DNA of 32,000 nt from Kineococcus radiotolerans SRS30216 = ATCC BAA-149 (GCF_000017305.1 NC_009664.2:4380001-4412000); one strand, 5' to 3'. Positions 15,920 through 25,027 are shown, counted from the first letter of the stretch. Notes: generated by a model not told the origin, from the sequence alone. Program-made: numbers and translations.

Positions 15920-16372
15920 ATGACTGCTGCACCGAACGACGCGGTCCCGGGTCAGCGCAGTGTGCTGGCCGATCGCGTCAGTCGGGTAGTGACGAGCTTC
16001 AACGCCTTCCTCACGCTCATCGCGCTGGGGTACGGCATCTACACGATGTTCCAGGCCACGCCTGAGGACCTGATCGTGAACGCCTGGCGCACCTTCGGGT
16101 TCCTGGTCTTCTTCTCGCTGTGGGTTCTGGTGACCGTGTGGCCGCGCCAGGTCCCCGGAGCGTGGGAGCTGATCTTCGTCCACAAGGTTGCCATCACCGT
16201 CTTCGCTCTCACTCTCGGCAACGTGCCCGGTGCGCGAGAGACCGCACTGGTCGATGGCTGGCTGGTCCTCAGCGGGGTCCTGGCCTACGTCCTGTGCCGG
16301 GGGTGGAGCGCGTGGCGGCCGCTGAGCAGAGGACGAGCCGACGCTGGAAACCCTGTCGGGTCACGTGCGTGA
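15920..16372 (+). CDS. hypothetical integral membrane protein (about 4 TM helices, 150 aa)
   Basis: The ATG at 15920 follows GGAGAA by 9 nt. Hydrophobic stretches are FNAFLTLIALGYGIYTMF, FGFLVFFSLWVLVTVW, LIFVHKVAITVFALTLG and WLVLSGVLAYVL. The upstream part of track ORF 15563..16372 is not protein-like. Confidence 0.6.
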   Translation: MTAAPNDAVPGQRSVLADRVSRVVTSFNAFLTLIALGYGIYTMFQATPEDLIVNAWRTFGFLVFFSLWVLVTVWPRQVPGAWELIFVHKVAITVFALTLGNVPGARETALVDGWLVLSGVLAYVLCRGWSAWRPLSRGRADAGNPVGSRA

Positions 16373-16991
16373 TCCACTCGACTCGGGCTCGCCACCGCAC
16401 GAAGGGGGCCCCACGAACCGAGTTGACGTCGTCAGGAAGCCGGCCACCTACGGCACACCTGCCGGTCCCCGCGGAATGAGCCGGTGCCTCGCAGTGAGCA
16501 GACTCTGCGGGAAACCGGGTCGAGCTCCGGAGCGGGAATGCTCCAAGCCCCTGGACGCGGCACCCTCGCCGAGAAGGCCGCCCACGTGGCCCGGTGCGTG
16601 GACCGCGCCTGTCCAGGGCCCCCGGGTGCGCCGGCCGCGGTACGTCGTCGGGCGCCGTCTTCGACCTCGACGACACCCGCTCACCACCGGATCCTCCATC
16701 GGCTCCTCCACTCGCTTCTTGACCCACCTGTTGCACCGCGCTGGCCCGGACGACCTGGAGGTCGTCGCCAGCCACCTTCCGCACACCGCTGGTGCCTACC
16801 GGACGCCTTCCCCGCCGGCGCTGGAGCCCAGGGCGCCGGCCGCGGAATCCCCGTGAGGTCACCCGTGATGTCCCCCGTGAGAGCTACCGGGAAATGTCCA
16901 CCCGACGGTGACGACCCCCGGTACTTCGCATCCCTAGCATCGTCCTCAGTGGAAGACCGGGCCGCCGGGGTCCGTCTGCGGAGGAGTCGTC

Positions 16992-17840
16992 ATGCGTGTG
17001 GTCAAGCAACTCGGGTTCGTGATGATCGTCGCACTGCTGGGAAGTCTCGTGGTTCGTGCCGTGCAGTGGAACGCACCGCTCACCCTGCTGCTGGGGTTCG
17101 CCGCGGCGGCCGCCACCGTCCTGGCGTACCGGTGGATCGTGCGCCGCACCGAGCGACGGGCTCCCACCGAACTGCTGTTCCCCGGGGCCGGCCGCGCCCT
17201 GGGCCGCGGGATGCTGATCGGCTTCGCCTTGTTCGGCGGTGTCATCGCCCTGATGGCCGTCTTCGGGAACCACCAGATCGACGGGTGGGGGTCCGCCTCC
17301 GGAGCTGTGGCTCTGCTCGGGTTCAGCGCCGCAGCCGCGGTCACGGAGGAAGTCATCTTCCGCGGCGTGCTGTTCCGCGTCCTCGAGGACTGGCTGGGCA
17401 GCTGGCTCGCCCTCGTCCTGACGGCAGCCCTGTTCGGCGCCTCGCACCTCCTCAACCCGCACGCCAGTCCGTGGGGAGCGGTGGCCATCACCGTCGAAGC
17501 CGGGGCGATGCTCGCCGCCGCCTACCTGGCGACGCGCACCCTGTGGCTGCCCATCGGCCTGCACTTCGCCTGGAACTTCGCCGAAGGCGGCATCTTCGGG
17601 ATGAGCGTGTCCGGCACGGATCAGCCCCAGGGTCTGCTCCACAGCACCCTGTCCGGCTCGACCTGGGTCACCGGCGGCGACTTCGGCCCGGAGGCCAGCG
17701 TGTTCTCGGTGCTGGTGTGCAGCATCGTCACCGTCGGGTTCCTCCTCCTGGCCCACCGCCGCGGGAACCTGCGCCCCCGGGGTGTCGACCGTGCCGGGGA
17801 GATCGTTGCTTCTCACGAGGAGCCGAGGCCGGTCCGGTGA
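16992..17840 (+). CDS. CPBP family intramembrane glutamic endopeptidase (CAAX protease / Abi family)
   Basis: Motifs EEVIFRG, FGASH and HFAWN sit in a polytopic membrane protein. The ATG follows GGAGGAG by 5 nt. Confidence 0.9.
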   Translation: MRVVKQLGFVMIVALLGSLVVRAVQWNAPLTLLLGFAAAAATVLAYRWIVRRTERRAPTELLFPGAGRALGRGMLIGFALFGGVIALMAVFGNHQIDGWGSASGAVALLGFSAAAAVTEEVIFRGVLFRVLEDWLGSWLALVLTAALFGASHLLNPHASPWGAVAITVEAGAMLAAAYLATRTLWLPIGLHFAWNFAEGGIFGMSVSGTDQPQGLLHSTLSGSTWVTGGDFGPEASVFSVLVCSIVTVGFLLLAHRRGNLRPRGVDRAGEIVASHEEPRPVR

Positions 17841-18997
17841 ACGAGAAGCTGCTCCTGGAGCGGTGGCGCAAGCTCGACGTCACGGTGCGGGACCTCCCGC
17901 TGGCCCTGGTCCTCGTGGTCGGGTCGCTGCTGCCCTCCTCCCAGGGCCACGGCACGCAGCTCGGGAACCTGCCGGCCCGACCCTTCGACGCGCTGACCGT
18001 CGTGGTCGTGCTGATGCAGTCCCTGCCCCTGCTGGGGCGGCGGAAATGGCCGCTGGCGTGCCTGGCCGTGGTCTCGCTCGGCTTCTCCGTGGACCAGGTC
18101 CGCGGCTACCACTCCCTCGCTGGAACCGCACTGGCCGTCGCGCTGTTCTCGGCCGGGGCGTACCAGGAACGGCACCGCCGGAGCACCGTGGTGCTGCTGT
18201 CGGCGGCCTACGTCGTGCTGGCCGTCCGGCTCGACCAGCTCGGCTCCGGGGAGCAGGTGGGCGGGTTCGTGCAGTTCTACCTGCTGCTGGTCCTCGCCTG
18301 GGGCGCCGGGGTGTGGTGGCGCTTCACCCGCGCCACCGAAGCCAGGAGCCGGCGGGCCGAGGCCGCGGTCGCCCTGGCTGCCGAGCGCACCCGGATCGCC
18401 GGGGAGCTGCACGACGTCGTCACCCACCACGTGACCGCGATGGTGGTGCAGACCGAAGCGGCGCACTACCTGACCGCCGCACCCGAGAAGCTCACAGCTA
18501 CCCTGACCGAGGTCGCCGAGACGGGCCGGCGGGCGATCTCCGACCTGCGGCACCTGCTCGACCTGCTCGACCCCGAGCACGGGAGCGAGGGGCCGGTGCG
18601 TCCCGGAGAGGTGGAAGCCCTCGTCGAGCAGGCACGCCGGGCCGGTCAGCCGGTGGAGTTCGTCCAGGAGGGGAAGGCTGCGGTGAGCAGTGGCAGTGCG
18701 GAATTCGTGACGTACCGCATCGTGCAGGAGACCTTGACGAACGCCCTCAAGCACGCGCGCGGCAGTGCCACGGCCGTCAGCGTCCAACACCGCCCGCAGG
18801 ACATCACCGTGGAGGTGCGGACCCGCGCCGCTGCGGCGACGGGGGAGTCGGTGGGCGAGACGGTGGGTGGTAGCGGGCGCGGACTGGCCGGTCTGCGTGA
18901 GCGGGTCGCTCTCCTCGGCGGCGAGTTCAGCGCACGCCGCTGCCCGGACGGCGATTTCGTCGTCCGCGCTCGCATCCCTTCCGGTGCGCCGTCGTGA
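17837..18997 (+). CDS. sensor histidine kinase (HisKA_3 / NarL-partner type) with a multi-TM N-terminal domain
   Basis: H-box ERTRIAGELHDVVTHH, N-box QETLTNALKHA and G-box GSGRGLAGLRERV. The GTG at 17837 overlaps the CPBP stop (GTGA). The first 451 aa of track ORF 16484..18997 are an out-of-frame shadow of the CPBP gene. Confidence 0.9.
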   Translation: MNEKLLLERWRKLDVTVRDLPLALVLVVGSLLPSSQGHGTQLGNLPARPFDALTVVVVLMQSLPLLGRRKWPLACLAVVSLGFSVDQVRGYHSLAGTALAVALFSAGAYQERHRRSTVVLLSAAYVVLAVRLDQLGSGEQVGGFVQFYLLLVLAWGAGVWWRFTRATEARSRRAEAAVALAAERTRIAGELHDVVTHHVTAMVVQTEAAHYLTAAPEKLTATLTEVAETGRRAISDLRHLLDLLDPEHGSEGPVRPGEVEALVEQARRAGQPVEFVQEGKAAVSSGSAEFVTYRIVQETLTNALKHARGSATAVSVQHRPQDITVEVRTRAAAATGESVGETVGGSGRGLAGLRERVALLGGEFSARRCPDGDFVVRARIPSGAPS

Positions 18998-19665
18998 ACC
19001 TCCCGATCCAGGCGCCGATCAGGGTCTTGGTGTGCGATGACCAAGCCATGATCCGCGCCGGCTTCGTCACCATCATCGACGCGCAGGCCGACCTCGAGGT
19101 CGTCGGCGAGTGCGGCGACGGACGCGCGGCCGTCGACCTCGCCCACGAACTGCGCCCCGACGTGGTGGTGATGGACGTGCGCATGCCCATCCTCGACGGC
19201 ATCGGCGCAACCCGCCTGCTGGCCGGCCCCGACGTCGAGGCGCCGACGAAGGTCCTCATCGTGACGACGTTCAACCTCGACGAGTACGTCTACGAAGCCC
19301 TGCGCGCCGGCGCCAGCGGCTTCCTGCTCAAGGACGCGCGACCCGCGCAGCTCCTGCAGGGCATCCGGACCGTGGCCGCCGGAACCTCCCTGCTCGCACC
19401 GGAGGTCACCCGCCAGCTCGTCGGTCGCTACGCCTCACGGATCCGCCCGCCGCAGCGAGCGCAGGAAGGCTCCGCTCTCACGCCCCGCGAGCTGCAGGTC
19501 CTGCGCCTGATCGCCGACGGCCTCTCCAACGTCGAGATCGCCGCGACGTTGTCCCTCAGCCCGGAGACGGTGAAGACGTACGTGTCGCGGCTGCTCACCA
19601 AGCTCGACCTGCGTGACCGCGTCCAAGCCGTGGTCTACGCGTACCGGCACGGACTGGTGACCTAG
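18994..19665 (+). CDS. NarL/LuxR-family response regulator
   Basis: Receiver domain (VLVCDDQAMIRAG.., VVVMDVRMP) and LuxR-type HTH (LTPRELQVLRLIADGLSNVEIAATLSLSPETVKTYVSRLLTKL). The start overlaps the HK stop (GTGA). Confidence 0.93.
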   Translation: MNLPIQAPIRVLVCDDQAMIRAGFVTIIDAQADLEVVGECGDGRAAVDLAHELRPDVVVMDVRMPILDGIGATRLLAGPDVEAPTKVLIVTTFNLDEYVYEALRAGASGFLLKDARPAQLLQGIRTVAAGTSLLAPEVTRQLVGRYASRIRPPQRAQEGSALTPRELQVLRLIADGLSNVEIAATLSLSPETVKTYVSRLLTKLDLRDRVQAVVYAYRHGLVT

Positions 19666-19717
19666 CGGCACTGGGTGTGCACGGTGGTGGCCCGGCCCGG
19701 ACCCGTCAGGCCCCGGC

Positions 19718-20452
19718 GTGCGGCGCTCTCCGGGCGGGGTCTGGATGCGCCGAGGAACCGCGCCACCACGCGTTCGCCTGACCCCGTCGCGTTGCGCGGA
19801 CAGCGAGCCGGTACGGACGACGGCAGCGGTGGGTCCTCCTCCGTCACCTCGTGACGTGTTCTGGCGCACGCGGTACGCGGGTACGACGATGGATGCGGTC
19901 GCCGCCACGGGCCTGGGCAGGGGCGGCTTGTACGGGGCCTGCGGTGACGAGCGCGAGCTGTTCCACCGCGTCCTCGAGGAGTGCTGCGCCTCGGCCGCAG
20001 GCGGGGTGGAGCGCGGACTCGCCGGGGCTGACGAACAGGCGTTCGAGCGGCTGACCGCCTTCCTGCTCGTCACTGCCTCGGCCTCCGCCGACAGCGCCCG
20101 CCGCGGCTGCTTCCTCGCCGAGGGTGCCGCTGAGCTGACCGAGCACGACGGGGTCGTCCTGGAGCGCTCACGACAGACCCTCGAGCAGCTCCCGCGCACC
20201 GCACAGCGCGACGCGACGTCGCCCCGGGTGAGCCTGGGCTCCTCGCGGATGCCGCATCCCCGGCGAGGCGCGCCCGCCGCAGCGGCGCCAGGTCCTGCGC
20301 GGGCGCCCGACGTCTTCGGCCCTGCGGCTTCGGAGCCGACGTCCCGGCGTCGTCGACGACTATCGCCGCCGGCGAGCAGTTCTCCGGCCGGCGACTCCCC
20401 CGCCTGGGGGGAGCGTCGGTGTGCCTTCGCGGCTCCGTTCTTGACGATCTAG
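19718..20452 (+). pseudogene. TetR-like regulator, apparently degenerate
   Basis: The central part DVFWRTRYAGTTMDAVAATGLGRGGLYGACGDERELFHRVLEE follows the TetR HTH pattern, but with substitutions at usually conserved positions (G to R, F to C). The N-terminus is not TetR-like. After ..RSRQTLEQL the frame becomes Pro/Arg/Ser junk, while another frame reads ..RRDVAPGEPGLLADAA.., suggesting a frameshift. Confidence 0.45.
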
Positions 20453-20489
20453 TCCAGAACAGTGATACTGGACTAGATCGTCAAGAACG
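20436..20489. promoter_or_regulatory. perfect inverted repeat: 22-bp arms (cgttcttgacgatctagtccag / ctggactagatcgtcaagaacg) with a 10-nt spacer
   Basis: Read directly and checked base by base. The left arm contains the stop codon of the TetR-like ORF. The element ends 28 nt before the SDR start. It is AT-richer than the flanks and has no U-tract. Confidence 0.85.
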
Positions 20490-20516
20490 TCGTTCATCTC
20501 TGGAGGCAGGCAGCGC

Positions 20517-21263
20517 ATGGGCAAGTTGGACGACAAGGTCGCGATCGTGACGGGTGGATCGAGGGGCATGGGTGCTGCGACGGCACTCGCCTTGGCGGAG
20601 GAGGGTGCCGACGTCGTGATCAGCTTCGTCGCTTCGGCAGAGCGGGCGGAGGCCGTGGTCGCAGCGATCGAGGCCAAGGGCGTACGGGCTCTGGCGATCC
20701 AGGCCGATCAGGCTGATGAGGGCCAGGCGGTCGGCCTGATCGAGCGCGTGGCCGAGGAGTTCGGTCGGGTGGACATCCTGGTCAACAACGCTGCCGTCGC
20801 CGGCGGCGCGCCGATCGACGCCGAAGAGGTCGACCGGGTGGCTCTCGACCGGCAGCTCGCGATCAACTACACCAGCGTCGCTGCCGCGATCCGCGCGGTG
20901 GTGCCGGTCATGCGCGATGGCGGGCGGATCATCAGCATCAGCTCGGGGGTGGGCACGCGGACCGGCTTCGCGGGTATGGCGTACTACGCGGCCACCAAGT
21001 CGGCCCTCGAGGGACTCAGCAAGGGCGCCGCACGCGACCTGGCTCACCGCGGCATCACGGTCAACGTCATCCAGCCCGGCTTCATCAACACCGAGATGAA
21101 CCCTGAGGACAGCCCCTACGCGGAGATGTTCCTCGCGACCACCGCTATCGACCGATTCGGTCGTCCTGAGGAGATCGCGGCCGGCGTCGTCTTCCTGGCC
21201 AGCCCGGAGGCTTCCTACGTCACCGGTGCCATCCTGCCGATCGACGGCGGCTACGGCGCCTGA
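20517..21263 (+). CDS. SDR family oxidoreductase (FabG-like)
   Basis: TGGSRGMG, NNAA and YYAATK motifs. GGAGG upstream of the ATG. Confidence 0.93.
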   Translation: MGKLDDKVAIVTGGSRGMGAATALALAEEGADVVISFVASAERAEAVVAAIEAKGVRALAIQADQADEGQAVGLIERVAEEFGRVDILVNNAAVAGGAPIDAEEVDRVALDRQLAINYTSVAAAIRAVVPVMRDGGRIISISSGVGTRTGFAGMAYYAATKSALEGLSKGAARDLAHRGITVNVIQPGFINTEMNPEDSPYAEMFLATTAIDRFGRPEEIAAGVVFLASPEASYVTGAILPIDGGYGA

Positions 21264-21573
21264 GGCCGTTTCGCGCCAGCGGGACCCGGAACCGGTTCGC
21301 ACGCCGCCCGGCTCCGGGCCCCAGGCCGAGACCACATCCACGACGGAGATGCGCGGCGGATCGCAGTACTCATCAGCATCCCGCGAGCCGAAGGCGGGCG
21401 AGACTCCAGGATGACGACGACGTCGTGTTCCGCAGCGTCGCCATGACCTCGGGGCCAGCGCCGGTGCGGACCTGGGAACGGTCTTCGACGAAGGCGACGT
21501 CGCGGATCCGGTGAACCCGGTCCTCGACGATCCAGTGAGTCTCCGCCAGTGCCGGAAGGCCGGCTCCCCGCAT
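21251..21573 (-). mobile_element. ISAs1-family transposase C-terminal remnant (frameshifted)
   Basis: ORF 21373..21573 reads AETHWIVEDRVHRIRDVAFVEDRSQVRTGAGPEVMATLRNT, matching the family pattern HW.IEN.LHWVRDVTF.ED.S..RTG..P..MA.LRN. The continuation (VVVILESRPPSARGMLMSTAIRRAS) is in another frame. The N-terminal ~70% of a full transposase is absent. Confidence 0.6.
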
Positions 21574-21682
21574 CTGCGGGTGGTAGGTGAACCCGACCGG
21601 CTCGACGTCTCGATGCTGACGTCTCGGCCGTCGATCCCGGCGAGGAGGTCAGCACGAGGGATCACCCTGACATACTCGTGCC

Positions 21683-22030
21683 GTGCTTTCCTTCTCCGCC
21701 GCCGCCACCCACGTGAACAAGCTCGTGGCTCCCGTGCTCACCTCACGCTGGTTGAGTCCGTTGGTCCGGAGGTGGATGACAACCGTCACGTACACGGGTC
21801 GCCGATCCGGTCGCGTCATCAGCACTCCTGTCGGCTACAAGCGCCACGGTGACGACGTCGTCGAGATCCCCGTCATGCTCCCGGACAAGAAGGCGTGGTG
21901 GCGGAACTTCACGGGTGACGGCGCTCCGCTGACTCTGGTCCTGGACGGCTCACCGCGTTCCGGCCACGGCGTCGCTACCCGAGATGCCCGAGGTGGCGTC
22001 CGTGTCACGGTGCGGTTTCCACCTGTCTGA
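21683..22030 (+). CDS. DUF385-like (nitroreductase-family deazaflavin-dependent oxidoreductase-type) small protein
   Basis: TVTYTGRRSGRVISTPVGYKRHGDDVVEIPVMLPDKKAWWRNFTGDGAPLTLVLDGSPRSGHGVA fits the family pattern T.TGR.SGR...PV.Y...GD.L.......K.WWRN. GTG start with no clear SD. Confidence 0.7.
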   Translation: MLSFSAAATHVNKLVAPVLTSRWLSPLVRRWMTTVTYTGRRSGRVISTPVGYKRHGDDVVEIPVMLPDKKAWWRNFTGDGAPLTLVLDGSPRSGHGVATRDARGGVRVTVRFPPV

Positions 22031-22469
22031 GGAGTCAGCCGCTGTGAAGGACGGCCCCGTCACCGAGTCGCCAGTCGAGGTCTGGGGCCCCTCATCATCT
22101 GGGCGGCACCGCTGGTTCATCGCGCCGTCCCTGCGCGTCCACTCCTAGCGAGGACGACCGGCTCGGTCGCCACGAGCGGTCCCGCTTTCGAAGCCTGGCG
22201 TGGCTTCCCACCCGCAGATTCGAAGAGCCGGTTGTCCCCCGGCTAGAGGCGCGGTTGAGCTTCTTCGTCCTTGTTGCCGTAGTCACTCGCCTCGACCTCT
22301 CACGGAGAGCCTGACCCGGGACGGCGACACGGGTCGTAGATGCGCCGAAGTGCCTGCTCTGCGGATGATTGTGATGCTGGTCGAGAGCCCACGACCACCA
22401 CGCAGAGATGCGGTTGTCTCCGTCGGGGCAGCGGTCGAATCAGCGCCAGGGCTGCCGAGGGGACTGGGC

Positions 22470-23414
22470 TTACCGTTGGTTTCCCGCGCGCAGCCAGGTG
22501 ATGTAGTCGGCGGCGGCTGCGGCGGTGTCGTAGCGGGGGTGGAACCCGGTGTCTTCGCGTAGGCGGGTGATGTCCAGCCAGCTCACCGGGTGGTCGCCTC
22601 CGGAGGGAATGTCGAGATGAAAGTCGGGCTCGATGGAGGTGATGGCGGTGGCGACGTCGGCGTTGCTGGTGGCGCGACCGGAGGCGACATTGTACGTGGA
22701 GTGGTGCAACTTTTCGGCGAGCTGCAGCAGTGCGAGGGCGCGGCCGGTGTCCTTGACGTAGAGCAGGTCGAGCGCGTCCTCGGCGTGCGGCGGGGTGATG
22801 AGCCCGGACAGGTCGGGTTCGCTGCGCTGGGCGGCGGCGTGGGCGAGGGAGGGGGCGGCGAAGAACGGGTCGGGCAGGTGCCCGCCGGGTCCCCAGGTGC
22901 CGGAGATGCGGGCGTTGACGATGCCGACGTCAGTCACCTCGGCGAGGTGGCCGGCGAGGAGCTCGGTGATCTTCTTGAACGTCGGGATGGCGTGGAAGTG
23001 CCCGAAGGGGATCGGCATGTCCTCGGTGAGGGCGCCTTCGGAGGCGAAGCCGTAGACGCCGATGGTGCTTGCGGTCACGACACGGCGCACGCTCCAGGCT
23101 CGTGCTGCTCGGATGATGTTGAGGAACGCCTCCAGGGCTGCTCCCGTGGCCTCGATCGGGCCGGTGTCGCTCACCGACCAGGGCACGGCGACGGCGAGGT
23201 GGACGATTCCGGTGATCGGGTACTGCCGGCCGACGGCGAGCAGGGCGTCGAGGTCGGCGACGTCGGCTTGGACGACGTGGATGGGCAGGTCCGCCAGGTG
23301 CGCGGGGATCTGAGGGGTGCGGCGCTGGAGCAGGACGCACTCCTGGCCGGCCTCGGTGAGGGCGCGGACAGTGTGGGAGCCGATGAAACCGGCTCCTCCG
23401 GTGACGAGGATCAT
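22470..23414 (-). CDS. NAD-dependent epimerase/dehydratase family (extended SDR) protein, possibly atypical
   Basis: MILVTGGAGFIGSHTV Rossmann motif. Where YxxxK is expected I read IPTFKKITE, meaning Lys is present but Tyr apparently is not. This comes from a hand alignment and is uncertain. Confidence 0.88.
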   Translation of the reverse strand: MILVTGGAGFIGSHTVRALTEAGQECVLLQRRTPQIPAHLADLPIHVVQADVADLDALLAVGRQYPITGIVHLAVAVPWSVSDTGPIEATGAALEAFLNIIRAARAWSVRRVVTASTIGVYGFASEGALTEDMPIPFGHFHAIPTFKKITELLAGHLAEVTDVGIVNARISGTWGPGGHLPDPFFAAPSLAHAAAQRSEPDLSGLITPPHAEDALDLLYVKDTGRALALLQLAEKLHHSTYNVASGRATSNADVATAITSIEPDFHLDIPSGGDHPVSWLDITRLREDTGFHPRYDTAAAAADYITWLRAGNQR

Positions 23415-23435
23415 GGTAGTGCCTTTCGTGGAGTA

Positions 23436-23464
23436 CCTGATCGTCAGTACTACTGACGATCAGG
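23436..23464. promoter_or_regulatory. perfect 29-bp palindrome CCTGATCGTCAGTA-C-TACTGACGATCAGG (MarR operator candidate)
   Basis: It fills most of the 61-bp divergent gap between the epimerase-like gene (start 23414) and the MarR gene (start 23476). Confidence 0.7.
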
Positions 23465-23475
23465 CTAAGCCTAAG

Positions 23476-23922
23476 ATGGGGGTCGTGTCCACCGAGCCGA
23501 GCACCAGCCCTGACCCCCACGAGGTCTTGGGGTACCTCCTCAAGCACGCGACCCTGAAGCTCACGACATTGACGGACGCAGCACTGGAGCCGTTGGGAAT
23601 CGACAGCAAGGACTTCGGGGTGCTGCGGGTCCTGGCCCACCGGGAGCCGGCGTCGCAGCTACAGGTGGCGCAGACGCTCGGCGTCGACCGCACCACGATG
23701 GTGGCGTTGCTGGACGTGCTGGAGCGCAAAGGCGTCATCACGCGACGACCGGACCCCGCGGACCGGCGCAGGAACGTCGTATCGCTCACCGACCAGGGAC
23801 TACGGGTCTATGACGCGGCACAGGTCGCGCACCGCCAAGCCGAGGACGTGTTCCTGGCCGGGGTGACTCCGACTGCGACGATTCAGCTCCGCCGGACGCT
23901 GCGAAGCATCGTAGAGAGTTGA
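23476..23922 (+). CDS. MarR family transcriptional regulator
   Basis: LGIDSKDFGVLRVLAHREPASQLQVAQTLGVDRTTMVALLDVLERKGVITRRPDPADRRRNVVSLTDQG. ATG at 23476; the track ORF starts further upstream at 23317. Confidence 0.9.
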   Translation: MGVVSTEPSTSPDPHEVLGYLLKHATLKLTTLTDAALEPLGIDSKDFGVLRVLAHREPASQLQVAQTLGVDRTTMVALLDVLERKGVITRRPDPADRRRNVVSLTDQGLRVYDAAQVAHRQAEDVFLAGVTPTATIQLRRTLRSIVES

Positions 23923-24286
23923 GCCAACTCCAGGAGTCGCCCCTTCCCACCCGGGACCCGGAAACCGAAATTCGCTCCTGACAAGAGCTCAGTGTGAACT
24001 TCTGCTCGACGTGAAGAACGGCGTGGGTGGCTGTAGCGATGGTGTCGATGCGCCACGAGTGGAGGTCACCGCGCACCGGACGAGGAAATTCTTCCGAAGA
24101 GTACTCCTCCGATGTGTCCGATATGCCCCCCGGCTGTAGGCGCGATTGAGCCCTCTCCTCCTTGCTGCGGTATTCACCAGTGAGGGTCTTGCCCGCGTAG
24201 GTGACGCCTTCGTCACGCTTCTTCCCTAGCCCGAGGTGGTCGCCGCGCCTTGACCTTCGCACACAGTCACGGGGCTGTGGACTCGG

Positions 24287-24943
24287 TCACGTGGTTGTGG
24301 TCTTGCCTGACTGTGGTCGGGCGCGTACGTGCATGCGCTCACCCTGCGGACCGAACAGAGCGAGCACCTCGGCGGCGCCGGGACCGGCGGAGGCGAACCA
24401 GTGGGGGGTTCGGGTGTCGAACTCGGCGACCTCTCCGGCACGCAGGACGAGGTCGTGCTCACCCAGCAGCAGGTGCAGTCCTCCGGAGAGCACGTAGAGC
24501 CAGTCGTAGCCTTCGTGGACCTGCTGCTCCCGGGCCTCTGATGGTGAGCGCGCCGGAATGATCAGCTTGTAGGCCTGCGGCCCCCCAGGACGACGGCTGA
24601 GGGGCAGCATCGTCATCCCGTGGCGGGTGGTGGGACGGGGGTGGATGCGCGGATCCCCGGTGGTTGGAGCGCCGACGAGTTCATCGAGAGGTACGTGGTG
24701 GGCCCGGGCCAGGAGCAGGAGGAGTTCCAGGGTGGGCCGTCGTCGACCGCTCTCCAACCGCGACAGCGTGCTGATCGAGATACCGGTGTTGGTGGAGAGG
24801 TCGTTGAGCGTGGCCCCGCGGTTGCGGCGCAGCGCCCGCAGGCGGCTACCGACGCCCGCCAGCACCGGAGCGAGGTCGTCGTCGGCGACAGCGGGGAGGT
24901 CTTCGTGATCGTCACGCACCCCCTCATTTTGCCGGACCCGCAA
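24287..24943 (-). CDS. XRE-family HTH regulator with a C-terminal cupin domain
   Basis: HTH region LRALRRNRGATLNDLSTNTGISISTLSRLESGRRRPTLELLLLLARAHHVPLDEL, then cupin region HEGYDWLYVLSGGLHLLLGEHDLVLRAGEVAEFDTRTPHWF. The start is TTG at 24943 or GTG at 24919. The GTG lies about 6 nt after a TTGACA-19 nt-CAAAAT element, so the transcript may be leaderless. Confidence 0.88.
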   Translation of the reverse strand: MRVRQNEGVRDDHEDLPAVADDDLAPVLAGVGSRLRALRRNRGATLNDLSTNTGISISTLSRLESGRRRPTLELLLLLARAHHVPLDELVGAPTTGDPRIHPRPTTRHGMTMLPLSRRPGGPQAYKLIIPARSPSEAREQQVHEGYDWLYVLSGGLHLLLGEHDLVLRAGEVAEFDTRTPHWFASAGPGAAEVLALFGPQGERMHVRARPQSGKTTTT

Positions 24944-25027
24944 CTCTTCTTGTCAACCGCCGAGGCGCGATGCACCGTGCCTCTGACCGCGGCGCGTTCG
25001 GCGTCGCGCGGAGGCGAAGGAACTGTC

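Noticed and set aside
22031-22469. Possible IS or transposase fragment in the lower-GC gap downstream of the second DUF385 gene
   Set aside because: Translations in all six frames gave no motif I recognise (the best was ..DGDNRISAWWSWALDQHHNHPQSRHF..). I leave it unannotated as probably decayed or non-coding DNA.
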